Assembly (NCBI GenBank): GCA_010405405.1
Contig: MU004238.1
Coordinates: 1,127,530 to 1,191,529, forward strand
Source: Microthyrium microscopicum
Taxonomy: Eukaryota
Reading direction: 5' to 3'
DNA length: 64,000 nt
The notes under the pieces are model-generated. The model was not told the DNA's origin, did not search any database, and worked only from the letters and a program-made list of their open reading frames with translations. Of the stretch, positions 61,631 to 64,000 are shown in pieces. The position numbers and the translations under genes were made by a program. Position 1 is the stretch's first letter; every line of letters begins with the position of its first letter.

Positions 61631-62320
61631 TTACCACTTTCCTTGACCCTGGTGGCTTTGCTTGTATTTGTTCTTGCCAGCTTCTTCAAGCTTGTGGCCT
61701 GCAAAAGCACCAGCGAGAGCACCGAGTATGGTGTGACCGCCTGCCTTCTTGCCACCATAGTAGCCAGCTGCACCACCGGCCATTGCACCCATTATACCGC
61801 GCTCGCCTTCAGGTGCGTTTGGGTCGTAGGGTGGCATTTGGTTTGGGTTGTTTGGGTCTTGTGGGTATTGGTCTTGAGGATAGGCACCTTGCTGAGGGTA
61901 TTGATGGGCTGGTGGCGAACCTGGATAGGTTGCTTGACGCTCAGGTTGGCCGCTGAAAAGTCTGGTTAGTATTGAATTGGTGAGGATTGCTTCATTGGGA
62001 AGTACTCACTATTGACCTTGCTGCTGCTGCGAGTTGTTGTAGTCTTGATAAGGCGCCATTTGACCATGCTGGAAGCCTCCTTGTTGGGGTGGTCCATAAC
62101 CGCTTGGTTGTTCACCATATGTGGGCTGAGGAGGTGCTCCGTATCCGCCTTGCTGTTGTGGATATGGCGATTGTTGGCCTGGCGGTGGGTATTGGCCTTG
62201 CTGTCCGTATGATGGAGCTGGCGATTGCTGGCCGTATTGAGGTACTGGAGGGCCCTGTTGAGGATATCCGCCGGGTTGGCCGTAGCCACCTTGGTTGTAC
62301 TGATCGTAAGGTCCGCTCAT
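61631..62320 (-). CDS. Gln/Gly/Pro/Tyr-rich protein with C-terminal glycine-zipper
   Basis: Intron 61953..62009 joins the QGGYGQP-rich exon to GERGIMGAMAGGAAGYYGGKK..LGALAGAFAGHKLEE. Confidence 0.85.
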
Positions 62321-63379
62321 AATGACGAAGTGTTGATAGAAAAGTGGAGTAGGTTGGTGGATGTAGAAGATGTGTATGTGTGAGGAAGAGGATGATGGAG
62401 AAAGGCAGAAGTAGAGCAGTCGGTAGGAATTAAATACCTGCTTGTCAGTGATCCCAGGATAGTGACGGAAGGCCGGCAGCTAAGTTATTGCGCAGTTGTA
62501 GAGGGGTTGGATTGAGGGGAATATCGAAGGTGGCTCTGGTCGCAAGGGCTCACTCAGCCTCGTTACGACGAAGCACTGCCCCGTTTTGGAAATTCGCGAA
62601 CAATAATCGCTGGTAAGGTACCTACAATTCGCCCAAATGCCTTGCATACTCTAGAGTATTCCATCAAATGGAAGCTTGAAACTGATGAGCCACAATTTCA
62701 TTTGAAGCGCGATGTCCTTTCCCTTTTGGCAAGGCACGCATGGCCACAGTCTGCGCACATCACCGCGTACATCAAAGGCGCTTCATATCTAGCATTTTGA
62801 CGGCGGCTAAGCAGCCTGTGGCATGATAGTCATCTGTTTGACGCGTTTTGCCCCCTGCTTCAAAGGCGCAGAGGCTCTTAAAAACAGTTCAAATTCATCA
62901 GAGCTACATTATGCCTGCAACTCAGGAAAGGCTTCATGTCCATGCGTCAGCCATATCATGTATTCCAAGCTCTTCTTCTCGTGAGCGAATATTAAAAGGA
63001 GAGTATCAGGCAGTTGAGGTGATCTAGCGCGCTCTTCGAAATCCGAGTAGATGGAACAGTATGTTCATAGAACGAAATGAGATCTTTTGACATGAGATTG
63101 AACGAATGTTGAATTCGAGATGTGAAAAATGCACTAGCTCGATTTGTGAGACCCAAGACTGCGCTAAAAATTATGTAATCCAGTGCCAAGCCTCAACTCT
63201 CCACTCCCACACATCGTTTTTGACTACCACCAGAAATACAGTCCAACATTCAACCACGACGACCCTCTACCATCTGCACCCGTAGGAACACCAGTACGCA
63301 AATCCCACTCTCGAAATATATCCCCTCAACTAATTCCCTAGCCACAGCCGTCAAGTACCGTTCCATCTCCACCACAATC

Positions 63380-63661
63380 ATGTCGTTCGAAACCGTCTGG
63401 TTCTCCCGCCCACGAGGCTACGGCAAGGGCGCACGCCAATGGTACGATCGCACAATCATAAATGGATGATAGGTGGATGGATTTGCTGACAATGGGGATA
63501 CAGCCGCGTCTGCGCTCATCGTGCTGGTCTCATCCGAAAGTACGGATTGAACATCTGCCGTCAATGCTTCAGAGAAAAAGCCAACGATATCGGATTCGTC
63601 AAGGTAGGATTCACAACTCTTGAGGAAGTCCTTTGACTAATTCTTTGTCTAGAACCGGTAA
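63380..63661 (+). CDS. RPS29: 40S ribosomal protein S29 (uS14)
   Basis: Absent from the ORF track. Introns 63442..63503 and 63604..63652 give [56 protein letters not shown]. Confidence 0.97.
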
Positions 63662-64000
63662 GTTTCGTCCGTATGGCGAAGCTCGAGAGGACGGATCAAA
63701 ATCATGGCACCAAACGAATACCTTTGAGAAGCTAGGCTTTGCATGGCTTCGAATGGTTTTGCTCAAGTGGCACCAAATACAGCATTGTTTCACACAGGGG
63801 GCGGTGTTATGAGGGTATAGGAATGAACTTTTTCCCTGACAAAATATGAATTGTCTGTCTACTCTTATGTCCCATTAACAGCACCTGCAAGCTCACTCCT
63901 TGATTACCGCCTTTCCACCTTGGGAGTCTGGACGAACACCAGACATGAGAAACAACATATCGGAAACGCGCCCCCAACGTAGCTTTGAAAATATGCCCAA

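Noticed and set aside
63442..63503. RPS29 intron 1 as a C/D snoRNA host
   Set aside because: Only 62 nt, and the CTGA is part of the branch point; too short to hold a snoRNA.

Overview
Gene-dense eukaryotic DNA from a filamentous ascomycete (Pezizomycotina-like). Introns are mostly short (43-63 nt), GT..AG, with CTRAY branch points. I reconstructed about 24 protein-coding genes by hand. Conserved housekeeping genes are RRP12 (5'-truncated), an ARMH3/DUF1741 homologue, a CorA-family transporter, samB, a Dnf3-like P4-ATPase, a DCAF7/WDR68 WD40 protein, APC1 head-to-head with a Nup37-like gene, an FATP acyl-CoA synthetase, a class I/II aminotransferase, a hot-dog thioesterase and RPS29. These are interleaved with accessory stretches. 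At ~7.5-14.2 kb there is a MEIOB-like OB-fold gene, then orphan genes and a degenerate locus with three copies of an unrecognised KLA[IL]xTALxxExxxxxILIR motif. At ~22.6-25.2 kb there are tandem SET-domain paralogues with reciprocal intron presence/absence. At ~40.9-46.8 kb there is an island of small secreted proteins (including a 2xCBM52 + knottin-like fusion and an acetylxylan esterase) and two pseudogenes. I recognised no rRNA, tRNA, CRISPR array or intact transposon. Family assignments come from motif recognition by eye, not database searches, and I cannot claim a proven new biological system. The best candidates are listed under findings.
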